Notes under the pieces: generated by a model
Seen by the model: the letters and a program-made list of their open reading frames with translations, nothing else
Databases searched by the model: none
Told to the model about the DNA's origin: nothing
Translations under genes and position numbers: made by a program
Shown here: positions 16,796-26,197 of the stretch, piece after piece
How positions within the stretch are numbered: position 1 is the stretch's first letter
Layout: each line of letters starts with the position of its first letter
NCBI GenBank assembly: GCA_028289525.1
Contig: JANQPJ010000187.1
Coordinates: 2,928 to 66,927 of the forward strand
Direction: 5' to 3'
From: Pirellulales bacterium
GTDB taxonomy: Bacteria; Planctomycetota; Planctomycetia; Pirellulales; JAGQOS01
DNA: 64,000 nt

Positions 16796-17593
16796 TTAGC
16801 TCGATGCATCATCGGCCGGGGCCAAGACCAGCTCTTTCAAGGCGTCAAGCGTCATCAGCAAATCGGCCCGCGGCAGTTCGTCCCACTGGGCAACTTTGTG
16901 TCGCAAAATGGCCAGCTTGAACGCCTCGAAGGCTTCTTGCACATCCTCTGGCAAGCTGGGCAGATTTTCAAACGGTCGGACGCGCTCAGCCGGCTCGGCC
17001 GCATCGACCTCGCTGTGCGGTGCTGGCATGCGTTCTTCGGCAACTGGCGCCTGATCGTGTCCGTCACCCGCTGCCTCGTCGCCGCGGACGACTTCGACCG
17101 ATGGTTCGATGGTTTCGGCCACTGGCTGGTCGCCGGCAGGCGCCGCATCTTCATCTAGTTCAGAGATGATGATATCTTCGTCGCGCGGTTTGAGTTCGGC
17201 CGGGGCGCCAATCGCTTCCCAACGTTGCGATCGCATCCGCGATACGCTCCATTGGTTTTGCACAGCGCCTTCTAGCCACATCTCGGCGTCGTCCCAGTCG
17301 ATCGCGGCCTGAAAATGGCTCCAGAACAACTGGTCATAGTCTTCATGGGCCGTACCAAAACGTTCCCACACCCGCCGCAGGCGACCCACATGTTGTGAAC
17401 TCACCTGACCGACTCGGCGAGCCCAGGCTTCGTCGGCATATTCACTCTGAGATGCACCGGCCGTCACCAGGGCCTCGCGCCAGGTCTGAATAATCCGACC
17501 TTTTTCCCAATTGGTCGTGCTTACCAACGTGTTCCATTTTCCAACGAACGGTTCCGAAGTTTCGTCGCAGAGTGCTTGAGCAGTGGCTTCCAT
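16796..17593 (-). CDS. Hypothetical protein (acidic C-terminal half)
   Basis: 265 aa. Ordered N-terminal domain (WNTLVSTTNWEKGRIIQTWREAL...), then a low-complexity acidic region. No family recognised. Confidence 0.6.
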   Translation of the reverse strand: MEATAQALCDETSEPFVGKWNTLVSTTNWEKGRIIQTWREALVTAGASQSEYADEAWARRVGQVSSQHVGRLRRVWERFGTAHEDYDQLFWSHFQAAIDWDDAEMWLEGAVQNQWSVSRMRSQRWEAIGAPAELKPRDEDIIISELDEDAAPAGDQPVAETIEPSVEVVRGDEAAGDGHDQAPVAEERMPAPHSEVDAAEPAERVRPFENLPSLPEDVQEAFEAFKLAILRHKVAQWDELPRADLLMTLDALKELVLAPADDASS

Positions 17594-17963
17594 GAAGGCT
17601 TTCCTGGTGGCGTCTTGCAGGGTGGAAAAGAAGAATTGGAAAGCTCACGATTCTAACACAGACAGCGAACGTGTTTCAGAACACGGTTCAGCGCCGCCTG
17701 CGACGGTCTTGGACACGCAACTCGCAACCGCTTATTTCAGGCCGAGTTCCGTGAATCATTTTTCGAACAACGGCTTTGAACGCATTGGGGATAAGCTGTC
17801 GATTTGAACACGGTAAGAGCGTTGAGGATGAACCGTGGAGAGAGACGCGCTCGTGCACTGTTTGCAGTTTTGCTCTTGTCTTCTGGTATTGCATCAAAGA
17901 CGGAAAAGAGTTGGACCACGAATCTACCAGCCGGCTATGTTCAGGGCCCTTCGAGCACCGGGC

Positions 17964-18182
17964 TTAATTGGGAGCGCGGTCGGCTGCTTCAAATCCGCCG
18001 GCCTTATGGGCACCGTCGCAGAAAGGCCGGTTTTTCGAGAGTCCACATCGGCACAAAGCAATCGCCGGCTTGCCTTCGGGAACGGAAAACTGCTTGCCAT
18101 CGGCATCGACAAGCTGCACCTCGCCTTGAACCAGTAGGGGGCCGTGGTCGAGAACTTTAATCTGTATCGGCTGGGTCATCAA
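17964..18182 (-). CDS. CDGSH iron-sulfur domain protein
   Basis: 72 aa containing CRCGLSKNRPFCDGAHK, the CDGSH 2Fe-2S signature C-x-C-x2-S-x3-P-x-C-D-G-x-H. Confidence 0.9.
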   Translation of the reverse strand: MMTQPIQIKVLDHGPLLVQGEVQLVDADGKQFSVPEGKPAIALCRCGLSKNRPFCDGAHKAGGFEAADRAPN

Positions 18183-18215
18183 AAAGGCTCCTGGTGACGA
18201 TGGAAAATTTGGGGA

Positions 18216-18296
18216 TTACAAGCTTGCTTCTGTTTGCCCCCTAGCCGCGACGCGACGCGTCGCCGGGGCCTCACAAATGTCATGGGTTCCTAGCAC
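18216..18296 (+). repeat. Repeat family A partial copy A4
   Basis: TTACAAGCTTGCTTCTGTTTGCCCCCTAGCCGCGACGCGACGCGTCGCCGGGGCCTCACAAATGTCATGGGTTCCTAGCAC. Confidence 0.8.
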
Positions 18297-18320
18297 TTTG
18301 GTCCAAGTAGATTCTAAGGT

Positions 18321-20021
18321 TTAAGGTTGATTGCTGGAAGACGGTGAGGCCGCTTGGCCAGGGGGTGCCGGTTCGAGGACGCGCAACACGAACAAGGCTC
18401 TCACTGGAGGCCGAGTTTGTCCGGATTGGGGGGCCTTGTCGGCGTCGAGTTGGCCTGACTCGCTCAAGCGGTCTGCCGAGCTTTCGCGTTGGACAATTTT
18501 CGACTGGAGGACATCCTGGCCCGTTGTAACTCGAGGCTCTTCCGGCAATGGTTGGCTGGCGGAAGTTGCGGATGGATTCTCCTGACGACGATCTGCTTCA
18601 TTCTTGACGTTGATATTTTGGACCAAAATCTGCTGTGCCCGTTGATAGATCAAGTTCAAATCGCCTTGCGCGTCGTAGTGGTAGCTGCGGGCTTGCCCTC
18701 CAGGCAGAACGGTTCGATCTTTCTTTTGAGGTTTTTGCTCCGTGACAATGTCGAGCGTCTGTTTTGTGGAGGCAGGTTTGTTTTCTTTCTCCTTCACGAA
18801 GAGTTTTTGACCAACCGTTTGGTCGCCGTCGATTCTCGAGCGACCATCGCCAACTGCTGCCAATTCGCTCTGAACAGCGATGCCAGACTGCTGGGATAGA
18901 TCGTCAATCGCACCATTCACTTGAGCCAAGCTGGCTTCGACCCAAACATACTTGTTCGAAGCTTCGACTACAGGCAATGGAGCCGAATCGGGATTGGCGA
19001 GTCGATCGTCTTTTCCTTCTAGTCCTAAAACGATCCGATTGTCTTGAAACTTGCCGCCAAGCGTGGCCTTGCGCCGTTGGGGTTGAGGCTTGCCGTCAAG
19101 ATCGGTTGGCCCGGACTCTTCCTGCCAGGCAATATTTTGACGAACGAGAACCTGACGCAAGACGTCATTTTGAGCCGCAGTCCGCGTGGCGTCGACCCAA
19201 ACAATCATCGTGTTCTCGTCTGTTTGGATCTCGCCGGCCAATTGACGCGCAATCGCTGGCAGTTCTTCCTCAGGAGACGGCCGCTGCTTCGATTCCCCTT
19301 CGGTAAACGAGGAGGAACGTTCATCGGCATCTGCTTCTGGCGCGAGGGCATCGGCAACCGTCCGACGGCTGTTGGGTGTCTTGACAGACTCGACCACTCG
19401 AGACCGTTTGACCCCCCCTTGGCCTGCCACAGGTCCGAGCTTGCTGTGACGTCGATTGTCCGCCGCCTCTTTAGTCATCAGAGGTTCGTCACGCGCAGAC
19501 CGACCGGCGAACTTAGGTGCCGAAGCGTCTGGCAGAGTCGCGAGTTCAGGCCGATGTCCTCGTTCGCTGCTCCTTGCCGCTGCCAACTCTCTTGCCTTGC
19601 GATCTGTCGTTGGCGGTTGAGATGCTCGTCTCGCTTCTTCCGGCACAAGCGCGACAGGCGTTTCGGCTTGCTCCTGAATCGGCCCGTTGCTGAGCACCAT
19701 GACGACGATCGCCCCGGCAATCGCCAAGGCGGCCCAACTGGTCGACCGCCAACGACTCGAACGGATTTCCGTTGCCTGAGCAACGGTAGAACGCCTGGCG
19801 TCGATCGACTTGAGCACCGTGGCCCCCAATGCTTGAGGAGAGCGCTGGGCAGGTAGTTGTCGGATGGTTTTGCTGATGGCGCGCAGTTCGTCGGCCAAGT
19901 TCCGGGCTTCATCGCTCGCGGCCAATAACTGCTCGACCTCGGCGGCTTCGGAAGCCGGAAGTTCGCCGTCGAGATAGGCGCTAATCAGTTCTTGTTGGCG
20001 ATCGTCTAACATGAGGGGCAA
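18321..20021 (-). CDS. Anti-sigma factor (single-pass membrane, long low-complexity outer domain)
   Basis: 566 aa. N-terminal ELISAYLDGELPASEAAEVEQLL is the anti-sigma N-domain pattern. TM segment WAALAIAGAIVVMVL. It lies downstream on the same strand as the ECF sigma gene. Confidence 0.8.
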   Translation of the reverse strand: MPLMLDDRQQELISAYLDGELPASEAAEVEQLLAASDEARNLADELRAISKTIRQLPAQRSPQALGATVLKSIDARRSTVAQATEIRSSRWRSTSWAALAIAGAIVVMVLSNGPIQEQAETPVALVPEEARRASQPPTTDRKARELAAARSSERGHRPELATLPDASAPKFAGRSARDEPLMTKEAADNRRHSKLGPVAGQGGVKRSRVVESVKTPNSRRTVADALAPEADADERSSSFTEGESKQRPSPEEELPAIARQLAGEIQTDENTMIVWVDATRTAAQNDVLRQVLVRQNIAWQEESGPTDLDGKPQPQRRKATLGGKFQDNRIVLGLEGKDDRLANPDSAPLPVVEASNKYVWVEASLAQVNGAIDDLSQQSGIAVQSELAAVGDGRSRIDGDQTVGQKLFVKEKENKPASTKQTLDIVTEQKPQKKDRTVLPGGQARSYHYDAQGDLNLIYQRAQQILVQNINVKNEADRRQENPSATSASQPLPEEPRVTTGQDVLQSKIVQRESSADRLSESGQLDADKAPQSGQTRPPVRALFVLRVLEPAPPGQAASPSSSNQP

Positions 20022-20068
20022 CTAGCAGTGTGATTCGGTTTCACGAAAATCAGGTGCCTGTTTAATAT

Positions 20069-20138
20069 CTGTTTGCCCCCTAGCCGCGACGCGACGCGTC
20101 GTCGGGGCATCACAAAAACAAATACCATTGTCTACTAG
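20069..20138 (+). repeat. Repeat family A partial copy A5 (right half)
   Basis: CTGTTTGCCCCCTAGCCGCGACGCGACGCGTCGTCGGGGCATCACAAAAACAAATACCATTGTCTACTAG. Confidence 0.8.
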
Positions 20139-20153
20139 GAGGATTCCTCCGAA

Positions 20154-20271
20154 ACAGTTGCTTTTATTGATGATTGACTTAAAAACGAATATTCATGGGC
20201 ACCAATTTTACCCTGATTTTCCGGCCTCCCGTTGGGCGGCCTGGATTAGTTATCTAGTCAACACCCAATAA
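20154..20271 (+). repeat. Repeat family F copy F2
   Basis: Matches 2050-2167. Its last ~18 nt overlap the 3' end and stop codon of the ECF sigma gene (20254-20271). Confidence 0.85.
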
Positions 20272-20814
20272 TTGTTCGCGAAGCTGCATGCGGGCACGGT
20301 GCAGACGACTCCGCACCGTGCCGACCGGCAGCTCCAAAATTTCTGAAATCGCATCATAGCCATATCCGTCAATTTCGCGCAATACCAGGATCGTGCGATG
20401 TTCCTCGTTCAAGGCGGCCAGGGCGGTTTGGACTTGGGTAACTCGTTCTTGCTGGAGGAGCGATTCGTCAGGCGTGGCGTGTTCGTCGGTCGGTTCGTCG
20501 CCAGCGGCTTCTCGCGCGTGGTCGAGCGATCGGGTCGGACGATGTTTCCGTTTCCAACTCATGGCCCGATTCAACGCAATTCGGTAGAGCCAGGTGTAAA
20601 AGGCCGCATTTCCTCGAAACGTATCGAGTTTTACAAACGCCTGCACAAATGCTTCTTGGGCCAAATCGCTGGCATCCTCAGGCGAGCCGACGACGTGGAC
20701 CAGCGTGTTGTAGAGCCGGTCTTGATATTTGGTGACCAACTCTCCAAACGCGGCCGTATCGCCTGCGAGGGCAAGCTGAATGAACTGCCTGTCGTCTTGC
20801 ACGCTTGTTTCCAT
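20254..20814 (-). CDS. ECF-type RNA polymerase sigma-70 factor
   Basis: 186 aa. Region 2 YQDRLYNTLVHVVGSPEDASDLAQEAFVQAF. Region 4 HTH ISEILELPVGTVRSRLHRAR. Confidence 0.9.
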   Translation of the reverse strand: METSVQDDRQFIQLALAGDTAAFGELVTKYQDRLYNTLVHVVGSPEDASDLAQEAFVQAFVKLDTFRGNAAFYTWLYRIALNRAMSWKRKHRPTRSLDHAREAAGDEPTDEHATPDESLLQQERVTQVQTALAALNEEHRTILVLREIDGYGYDAISEILELPVGTVRSRLHRARMQLREQLLGVD

Positions 20815-20994
20815 GGTTTGAGACGCCGCCAGGGTGGAAAAAGTTCCCTTTTCCGCCTGGGGTCAGGCCAAGTGCTGCCCGGGCACCGCCCACTGGGCAT
20901 CATCTTGGGGCCTTGATGCCCGGATGTCAAACCCTTGTGCTGGAATCACTTGCGTAAAGCAATTTCGAGCTTGATAAAGGTTTTTGCTACACAC

Positions 20995-22260
20995 TCAGCC
21001 TGAAGGCTTAACGCTTGGCAGGCACGATCCGACCGGCTGCCGCAGCAGGTAGATCCACATGCCCACGATGCCTGCCAGGATCAGCAGGCTGACGTTTTGA
21101 GAAATGCTCATGCCTGTTTGAAAGACACTCTGCTCGTCGATGCGGATGATTTCAATGAGAAAACGCGAGATCGGATAAATTGTGAGTAGCAGGGCCGCCA
21201 CTTCGCCATCACGGCGTCGAAAGGGATAGACGGCCAGCAAAAACACGCACAACAGGCCTGCATTGATTGTGCTATAGATCTGAGTCGGATGGACTGGCAG
21301 ACTCTGTGTCGGCAGGCTCGTTGGCGGCACGGTGAATGTTTGGCCACTGTCGGTGACAAGTTCCACAGGCTGGTTGGCTGCCTGGGCAGCTAAGATCCGT
21401 TGCAGGACGGCTCGTGGAGAATTGACCGAATGGCCGTCGACTTGGCGAATATAGCTTCCCGCGACAAGGCCTGCTTGGGCTGCCGGTGAACCGGGAGTGA
21501 CGAATTGTACGAATGGCGGTTGGCCGTCTGGGCCGCCTAGCACCAGGCCGTCCAACAGGCCTCGAGCCACTTGGTCGTTGTATGGCGGGCTGTCGGGCGG
21601 GAAGGAGACTGCCCAGGGCAAATCGCAAAGCCCTCCATAACAACAGCCGTTCAGCAAACAGCCAATACGTCCCAACGCCAGCCCAAGGGCTAAGGAAGGG
21701 GCCACGAGGTCGGCCATCGCCAGCGTCGGCAACTGATGTTTGCGTGTGAAGACTACGAAAGCAATGGCAGCTCCAATCAGCGATCCGTAAACGACCAGCC
21801 CTCCCTGAGGCACGTTGGCAACAGCGGCCAGCGTTTCTGACCACGACTCACGCCGATACTCGGCATCCCAATATTCGATCACGTGAAACGCTCGAGCGCC
21901 TAAGATTCCTGCCACAAACAGCCAAAAGGCCAGCGAGAAAATTACCTCCTGATCGACGCCCATCTGTTCGGCTCGACGTAGCGCCAAACCGACGCCACTG
22001 GTAACCGCCAGCAACAACATGACCCCATAACCGCGGATGGGTAGCGCGCCTGGAAACAACCGTGGGAGCCAGACGATGATCGCCGCTACTAGAATCAATA
22101 CCGGTAATTGCCCTGCGATTTCGCGCATCGCGACTTGACGCCGGAATTGCCAAGCCAACAGGCCAAGACTAAACAGGCCCCAAATCACCAGCAGCAATCC
22201 CCAGCCGAACAGCGGGATGTTGCCAATTTCGTACGGAATTTCAAATAAGGTTCGCCGCAT
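20995..22260 (-). CDS. lgt: Prolipoprotein diacylglyceryl transferase (Lgt) with an inserted PDZ-like domain
   Basis: 421 aa. GGLVVYGSLIGAAIAFVVF...LALGLALGRIGCLLNGCCYG and VHPTQIYS...YPISRFLIEIIR align by eye with E. coli Lgt. About 110 aa between these blocks contain FVTPGSPAAQAGLVAGSYIRQVDGHSV, which is PDZ-like. Confidence 0.85.
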   Translation of the reverse strand: MRRTLFEIPYEIGNIPLFGWGLLLVIWGLFSLGLLAWQFRRQVAMREIAGQLPVLILVAAIIVWLPRLFPGALPIRGYGVMLLLAVTSGVGLALRRAEQMGVDQEVIFSLAFWLFVAGILGARAFHVIEYWDAEYRRESWSETLAAVANVPQGGLVVYGSLIGAAIAFVVFTRKHQLPTLAMADLVAPSLALGLALGRIGCLLNGCCYGGLCDLPWAVSFPPDSPPYNDQVARGLLDGLVLGGPDGQPPFVQFVTPGSPAAQAGLVAGSYIRQVDGHSVNSPRAVLQRILAAQAANQPVELVTDSGQTFTVPPTSLPTQSLPVHPTQIYSTINAGLLCVFLLAVYPFRRRDGEVAALLLTIYPISRFLIEIIRIDEQSVFQTGMSISQNVSLLILAGIVGMWIYLLRQPVGSCLPSVKPSG

Positions 22261-22269
22261 GATGGTTTA

Positions 22270-23151
22270 TCACGGTGCAGGGGCAGGTTGGATGATGCGA
22301 TTGTCGATTAAACGGGTTTGGCCCACTCGGGCCGCGATGGCAACGACCGTTTCCTGTTCGATCCGATCTACCGGAGTCACGGTGCCAGACTTCAGCAGGG
22401 CGATATATTCCAGCACGATTCCGCCGACCTTGGCCAGGTGAGCACGCATTTGTTGTTCAAGCCGAGCGGCATCCGTCTCCCCGGCGGCCACCAAATCGGC
22501 CGCCAACTGCAAGCTTTGGGACAGACCGAGTGCCTGACGATGTTCGTCCGGGCTCAGGTAGGTGTTGCGCGAACTGAGGGCCAGGCCGTCGGCTGCTCGC
22601 ACGATGGGGCAAACACGGATTTCAATCGGTACATTCAGATCACGAACCATCTGCCGGACAACGAGTGTTTGCTGGTAATCCTTGTGACCAAAGTAAGCTA
22701 CGTCGGCCGGAACCAAATGGAACAGCTTGAGCACGACGGTCGCTACGCCTGAAAAATGGCCTGGCCGACAAGCTCCTTCCAGCACACTGCCTAATTCGCC
22801 AAGCTCGACGCGCGTTTCATGCCCCGCCGGGTACATGGTTTCGACGCTGGGCGCGAAGACAATGTCAACGCCCAACGGTTCGAGCAGCTTGAAGTCGTGC
22901 GCCAAATCCCGCGGATAGCGCGTCAGATCCTCGTCGGGTCCAAACTGGGTCGGATTGACAAAAATCGTAACGATTGTCACATCGCATTCTTGGCAACTGG
23001 CTTCCGCCAGACTTAAGTGTCCAGCATGCAGAGCGCCCATCGTGGGCACCAGACCAATGCGCTGGCCAGCCTGTTTTGCCTGACAAACGACCACGGCCAG
23101 ATCCTCGGGCGAGCGGACGACGCGAACAGGTTGGTTGCCAGATGCATTCAT
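22270..23151 (-). CDS. panC: Pantoate--beta-alanine ligase
   Basis: IGLVPTMGALHAGHLSL signature. Start chosen at Met 23151, which overlaps the upstream stop as ATGA; the tracked ORF starts at 23199. Confidence 0.9.
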   Translation of the reverse strand: MNASGNQPVRVVRSPEDLAVVVCQAKQAGQRIGLVPTMGALHAGHLSLAEASCQECDVTIVTIFVNPTQFGPDEDLTRYPRDLAHDFKLLEPLGVDIVFAPSVETMYPAGHETRVELGELGSVLEGACRPGHFSGVATVVLKLFHLVPADVAYFGHKDYQQTLVVRQMVRDLNVPIEIRVCPIVRAADGLALSSRNTYLSPDEHRQALGLSQSLQLAADLVAAGETDAARLEQQMRAHLAKVGGIVLEYIALLKSGTVTPVDRIEQETVVAIAARVGQTRLIDNRIIQPAPAP

Positions 23152-24170
23152 GAGGCTGGTTGCATGGCTAAAAAGGCGGCGCTTAATTCGGTCAGGCACA
23201 TCTCGGGCTGGGACGCATCAAGCCGCAACACGGGGCCATGGCCACCACGATCAAACCGTTCAGCAAATGCCTTGCGCAAGGATTCAAGTTGCTCGATCTT
23301 CCAGTCCATGGCGGTTCGGTGTTTTGTGAGGTGCTTTTTGAGAACGTCTGCCGGAGCGTCGAGCCAGGCAATCAGCCGTGGGAGCGGGAGCTTGGGTTTC
23401 AGTACGTCAAGGGCCGCTTCTAGCTGCGTGGCGGCGTCAAACGATTGTTCGAGTTGGGCATAGCCGTGTGATTGGTCAATCCAATAATCGCTGACCAGCA
23501 GTGTTTCCTGGTCATGCTGGGCGACATGGGCTGCGAGTTGTTGGGCTCTGGTGCGTACGAATTCTACCTCTCGCTCCAGTGGCTGGCCAGTCGAGCGATT
23601 GCTAGCTGGATCTGCTAGAAAATGACCGTCGTAGGTTTGGCAAAGCTGGTCGGCCAGCCAACGTTTGCCAGTGCCCGGGGGGCCGGCCAAGGCGAGATAG
23701 GCAGGAGTCCGGTTCAGGTGGTCCAAAATCTGAGCGATCGTCCAGCCGAGCTCAGGATGGACAAGTTCCCCGGCGACCTCGACCGCTGGCTCTAGCACAA
23801 AACGTCGAAAGGCCAGGCGCGGATGAGGTAACTGGAGTCGGGCATCGTGGGTAATATGTTGATCATAAAGCAATAAGTCGAGATCGAGCGTCCGCGCCTC
23901 CCAGCGTTGCTGCCGAGTTCTGCCGAGCCGGTCTTCGATCGTTTGGAGCAACGCGAGTAGTTCGTCCGGTTCGAGCGAGGTTTGCAAACGCAAGGCCCCG
24001 TTGAGAAACGGTTGCTGGCCGGTTGGACCGCCAACTGGCTGGCTGGTGTGCCAGCGGCTGGCGATGAGCGCAGTGATCGCTGGGTGGTGCTCAAGAAGCC
24101 GACAGGCGTTTTGGAGCGTCTCTGCACGGTTGCCAAGGTTTGAGCCAATACCAACCAGACAGATGGCCAT
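23148..24170 (-). CDS. folK: HPPK (FolK) fused to a C-terminal P-loop deoxynucleoside-kinase-like domain
   Basis: The N-terminal ~160 aa are HPPK-like (IGSNLG...WEARTLDLDLLLYD). The C-terminal ~175 aa have Walker A LALAGPPGTGKRWLADQL and a dNK-like layout. ATG at 24170 is preferred to TTG at 24182. Confidence 0.85.
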   Translation of the reverse strand: MAICLVGIGSNLGNRAETLQNACRLLEHHPAITALIASRWHTSQPVGGPTGQQPFLNGALRLQTSLEPDELLALLQTIEDRLGRTRQQRWEARTLDLDLLLYDQHITHDARLQLPHPRLAFRRFVLEPAVEVAGELVHPELGWTIAQILDHLNRTPAYLALAGPPGTGKRWLADQLCQTYDGHFLADPASNRSTGQPLEREVEFVRTRAQQLAAHVAQHDQETLLVSDYWIDQSHGYAQLEQSFDAATQLEAALDVLKPKLPLPRLIAWLDAPADVLKKHLTKHRTAMDWKIEQLESLRKAFAERFDRGGHGPVLRLDASQPEMCLTELSAAFLAMQPAS

Positions 24171-24930
24171 GAAACGCCCCAAACTGCGAATGGGCCAAGC
24201 AGCGTTTATGATTTGAGAGGAAGTCTGCGTGGCGAGAGAGAACTGGCGAAACCCGCTGCAAGATAAAATTGTCCTTCGCTCCCCCCTGAAATGGGAAAGC
24301 GAAGGACAAAAGACTTGGAGGGGACATCCAGGCCACGAACTACATCGCCGACTGTCGATCCTTCCAGTCGCCGCCCCCCAAGCAGTTCTTTCAAAATTAC
24401 GCAGATTATAAAATAGACGATCACAGACTTTCAGAAACGCCTGCTATCGCCTCCCCTCGAGCTGGAGTAGCGGCCGTTTCCAAGCGTGTTCCAGTCAGGG
24501 CAAGTTGACTCCGGCGAAACAGATGGTGTGCATTCTGGTTGCCAATCTGGCCTTCGCAACACTGCCAAGCAAGTAGGTTCGAATTCAACTGCTTAAGCAG
24601 TGGGGCCATAGGCGAACAGCAGACGGCGCATATAAGAGAGAAGATCGACGAGACGCCCAGCCGAGCAGGTAGCAGCGCAACGATAGCGCGGTCGGCAAAC
24701 CAGCCTCATGGTCGTTGCCAGTCACCTCATTCCAAATCGCATGACTGGTCAGCTATGATTCCAGTGCACAAGGCACGCGAAGATCCAACCCTCAATAAGT
24801 GCTCATTTTGCGAAGCTGGCGGAAAATGTCAAGCAACATTCTCGGACAATTTTTTTGATGTGTCAGAAAAGGAATAATGGCCCTTGAAAATTGTTCGCTG
24901 ACTGCTCCCACTCAGGGGTGCTGACACTTG

Positions 24931-25290
24931 CTAGGGAGTGTTGGCAGGGAGCGGTTCCAAAACGGATTCGACCGTGAATGAGGTGGCTTCCAGCGGCAGG
25001 CCAAGGTGAGCTGCACAGCGCAAACGGCAGCTACCACGAGCAGCATGCCAAGGGTAGTCAAGGCGTCGACGAAAGTCGCGAGGTGGAAGATAGTTTGCCG
25101 GATCGTTAGCAGGATTTTGAAACCATGACAGGCGAGCCGTAAACAGATTGTAGCGTGTCTTCACGCGGTGGTTGGGCGCAGTTGCCTGGCAGGCTTGGCA
25201 TGGTGAATCCCACCGAATGTTCGACACGTTTGCAACGGACGTGGTTTGTCCGGTAGCCAGCATCGAAACGACGACCAAGGTAGATAGCAT
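24931..25290 (-). CDS. Possible small secreted protein (weak call)
   Basis: An internal Met at 25290 gives MLSTLVVVSMLATGQTTSVANV, a signal-like N-terminus. No family recognised. The surrounding 1.3 kb is otherwise ORF-poor. Confidence 0.3.
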   Translation of the reverse strand: MLSTLVVVSMLATGQTTSVANVSNIRWDSPCQACQATAPNHRVKTRYNLFTARLSWFQNPANDPANYLPPRDFRRRLDYPWHAARGSCRLRCAAHLGLPLEATSFTVESVLEPLPANTP

Positions 25291-25492
25291 GGCTGGTTGT
25301 CTCGCAAGCAAGATGGAAATTGCCCGTATATGCTGACCATCGACGTTTAGGAATCGTTGAAATGAACGCTTTCCTTGCAATGGCCATCCTCGGCGCAATC
25401 GCTACAGATTGCCGCGCAGGTGGAAGCGGGCCAGGGCAGTGATTAAGCTAGAGCAAGTTGTTCGGATATGCGCCGGCGCTTCTAAAGCAAGC

Positions 25493-25613
25493 TCAGTAGT
25501 TCCAAAACGAGAATCCAGAGATCACTGTTTTTAGAGAGATGTACAAAATAGGTGTTTCGCGAGCGGTCACCGACCGCTGCTACCAACCAGCACGCCAAAC
25601 TTGGAACTACTGA
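25493..25613 (+). repeat. Repeat family E full copy E2 (MITE-like)
   Basis: TCAGTAGTTCCAAAACGAG...CACTGTTTTTAG...GTGTTTCGCGAGCGGTCACCGACCGCTGCTAC...CTTGGAACTACTGA. Confidence 0.9.
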
Positions 25614-25639
25614 TTTTGGTAATTCCCTGGAGACGAGTG

Positions 25640-26065
25640 ATGGTGACCAAAGATCTCATTTCGACGCAACAAGTCCTGCTAAACGCGATCGGGCTGACGG
25701 TATTGTGCGTGGTGCTGTTGGCCGTGGTGCAATTTGCGCTGCTCTACCACGGGGCGATCGTGCTAGAGCGGGCCGCTACGGCCGGCGCTCGTGAAGCGGC
25801 GCTTCCCAAGGCGAGCTATCAAAGTGTTGCTGCGGTCATTCAGCAGCGATTGGTCGATCAGCGATGGGGCAAGCATCTAGCGCCTCCGACCGTATTGATT
25901 AATGGCCGCCCGACGGTTTCTCGCTATCAGGTCACATCCGGCGATCGCATTGACGTCAAGCTCCGCGTCGACATGCTCGCCATGACCGCCGATCTATTAC
26001 GCCCGATTGGTTTGTCCTGCGCGGATCAACAACTCGAAGCCGTGGCCCACAGGCGTGTTCCCTAG
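25640..26065 (+). CDS. TadE-like (Flp-pilus assembly, pseudopilin-like) protein
   Basis: 141 aa from ATG 25640 (GGAG 7 nt upstream). The tracked start at 25601 lies in repeat E2. The N-terminal hydrophobic segment followed by ALLYHGAIVLERAATAGAREAAL is typical of the TadE N-terminal domain. The call is from memory. Confidence 0.5.
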   Translation: MVTKDLISTQQVLLNAIGLTVLCVVLLAVVQFALLYHGAIVLERAATAGAREAALPKASYQSVAAVIQQRLVDQRWGKHLAPPTVLINGRPTVSRYQVTSGDRIDVKLRVDMLAMTADLLRPIGLSCADQQLEAVAHRRVP

Positions 26066-26197
26066 TACTACAGCGTTGGGTCTGGTATCTTATTAAGGGC
26101 CGTTTCAGGGCCTGGGCGTGCTGAAGGCAGTTTAATGAAGTATGCCAGTCTCGGTTGGAGATGGTTGGTCGTTGGAAACCGTGTGGGAGTGGACGTG

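Noticed and set aside
19044-19856. 270-aa plus-strand ORF
   Set aside because: It is antisense to the anti-sigma gene, whose N-terminal domain and operon context are convincing.
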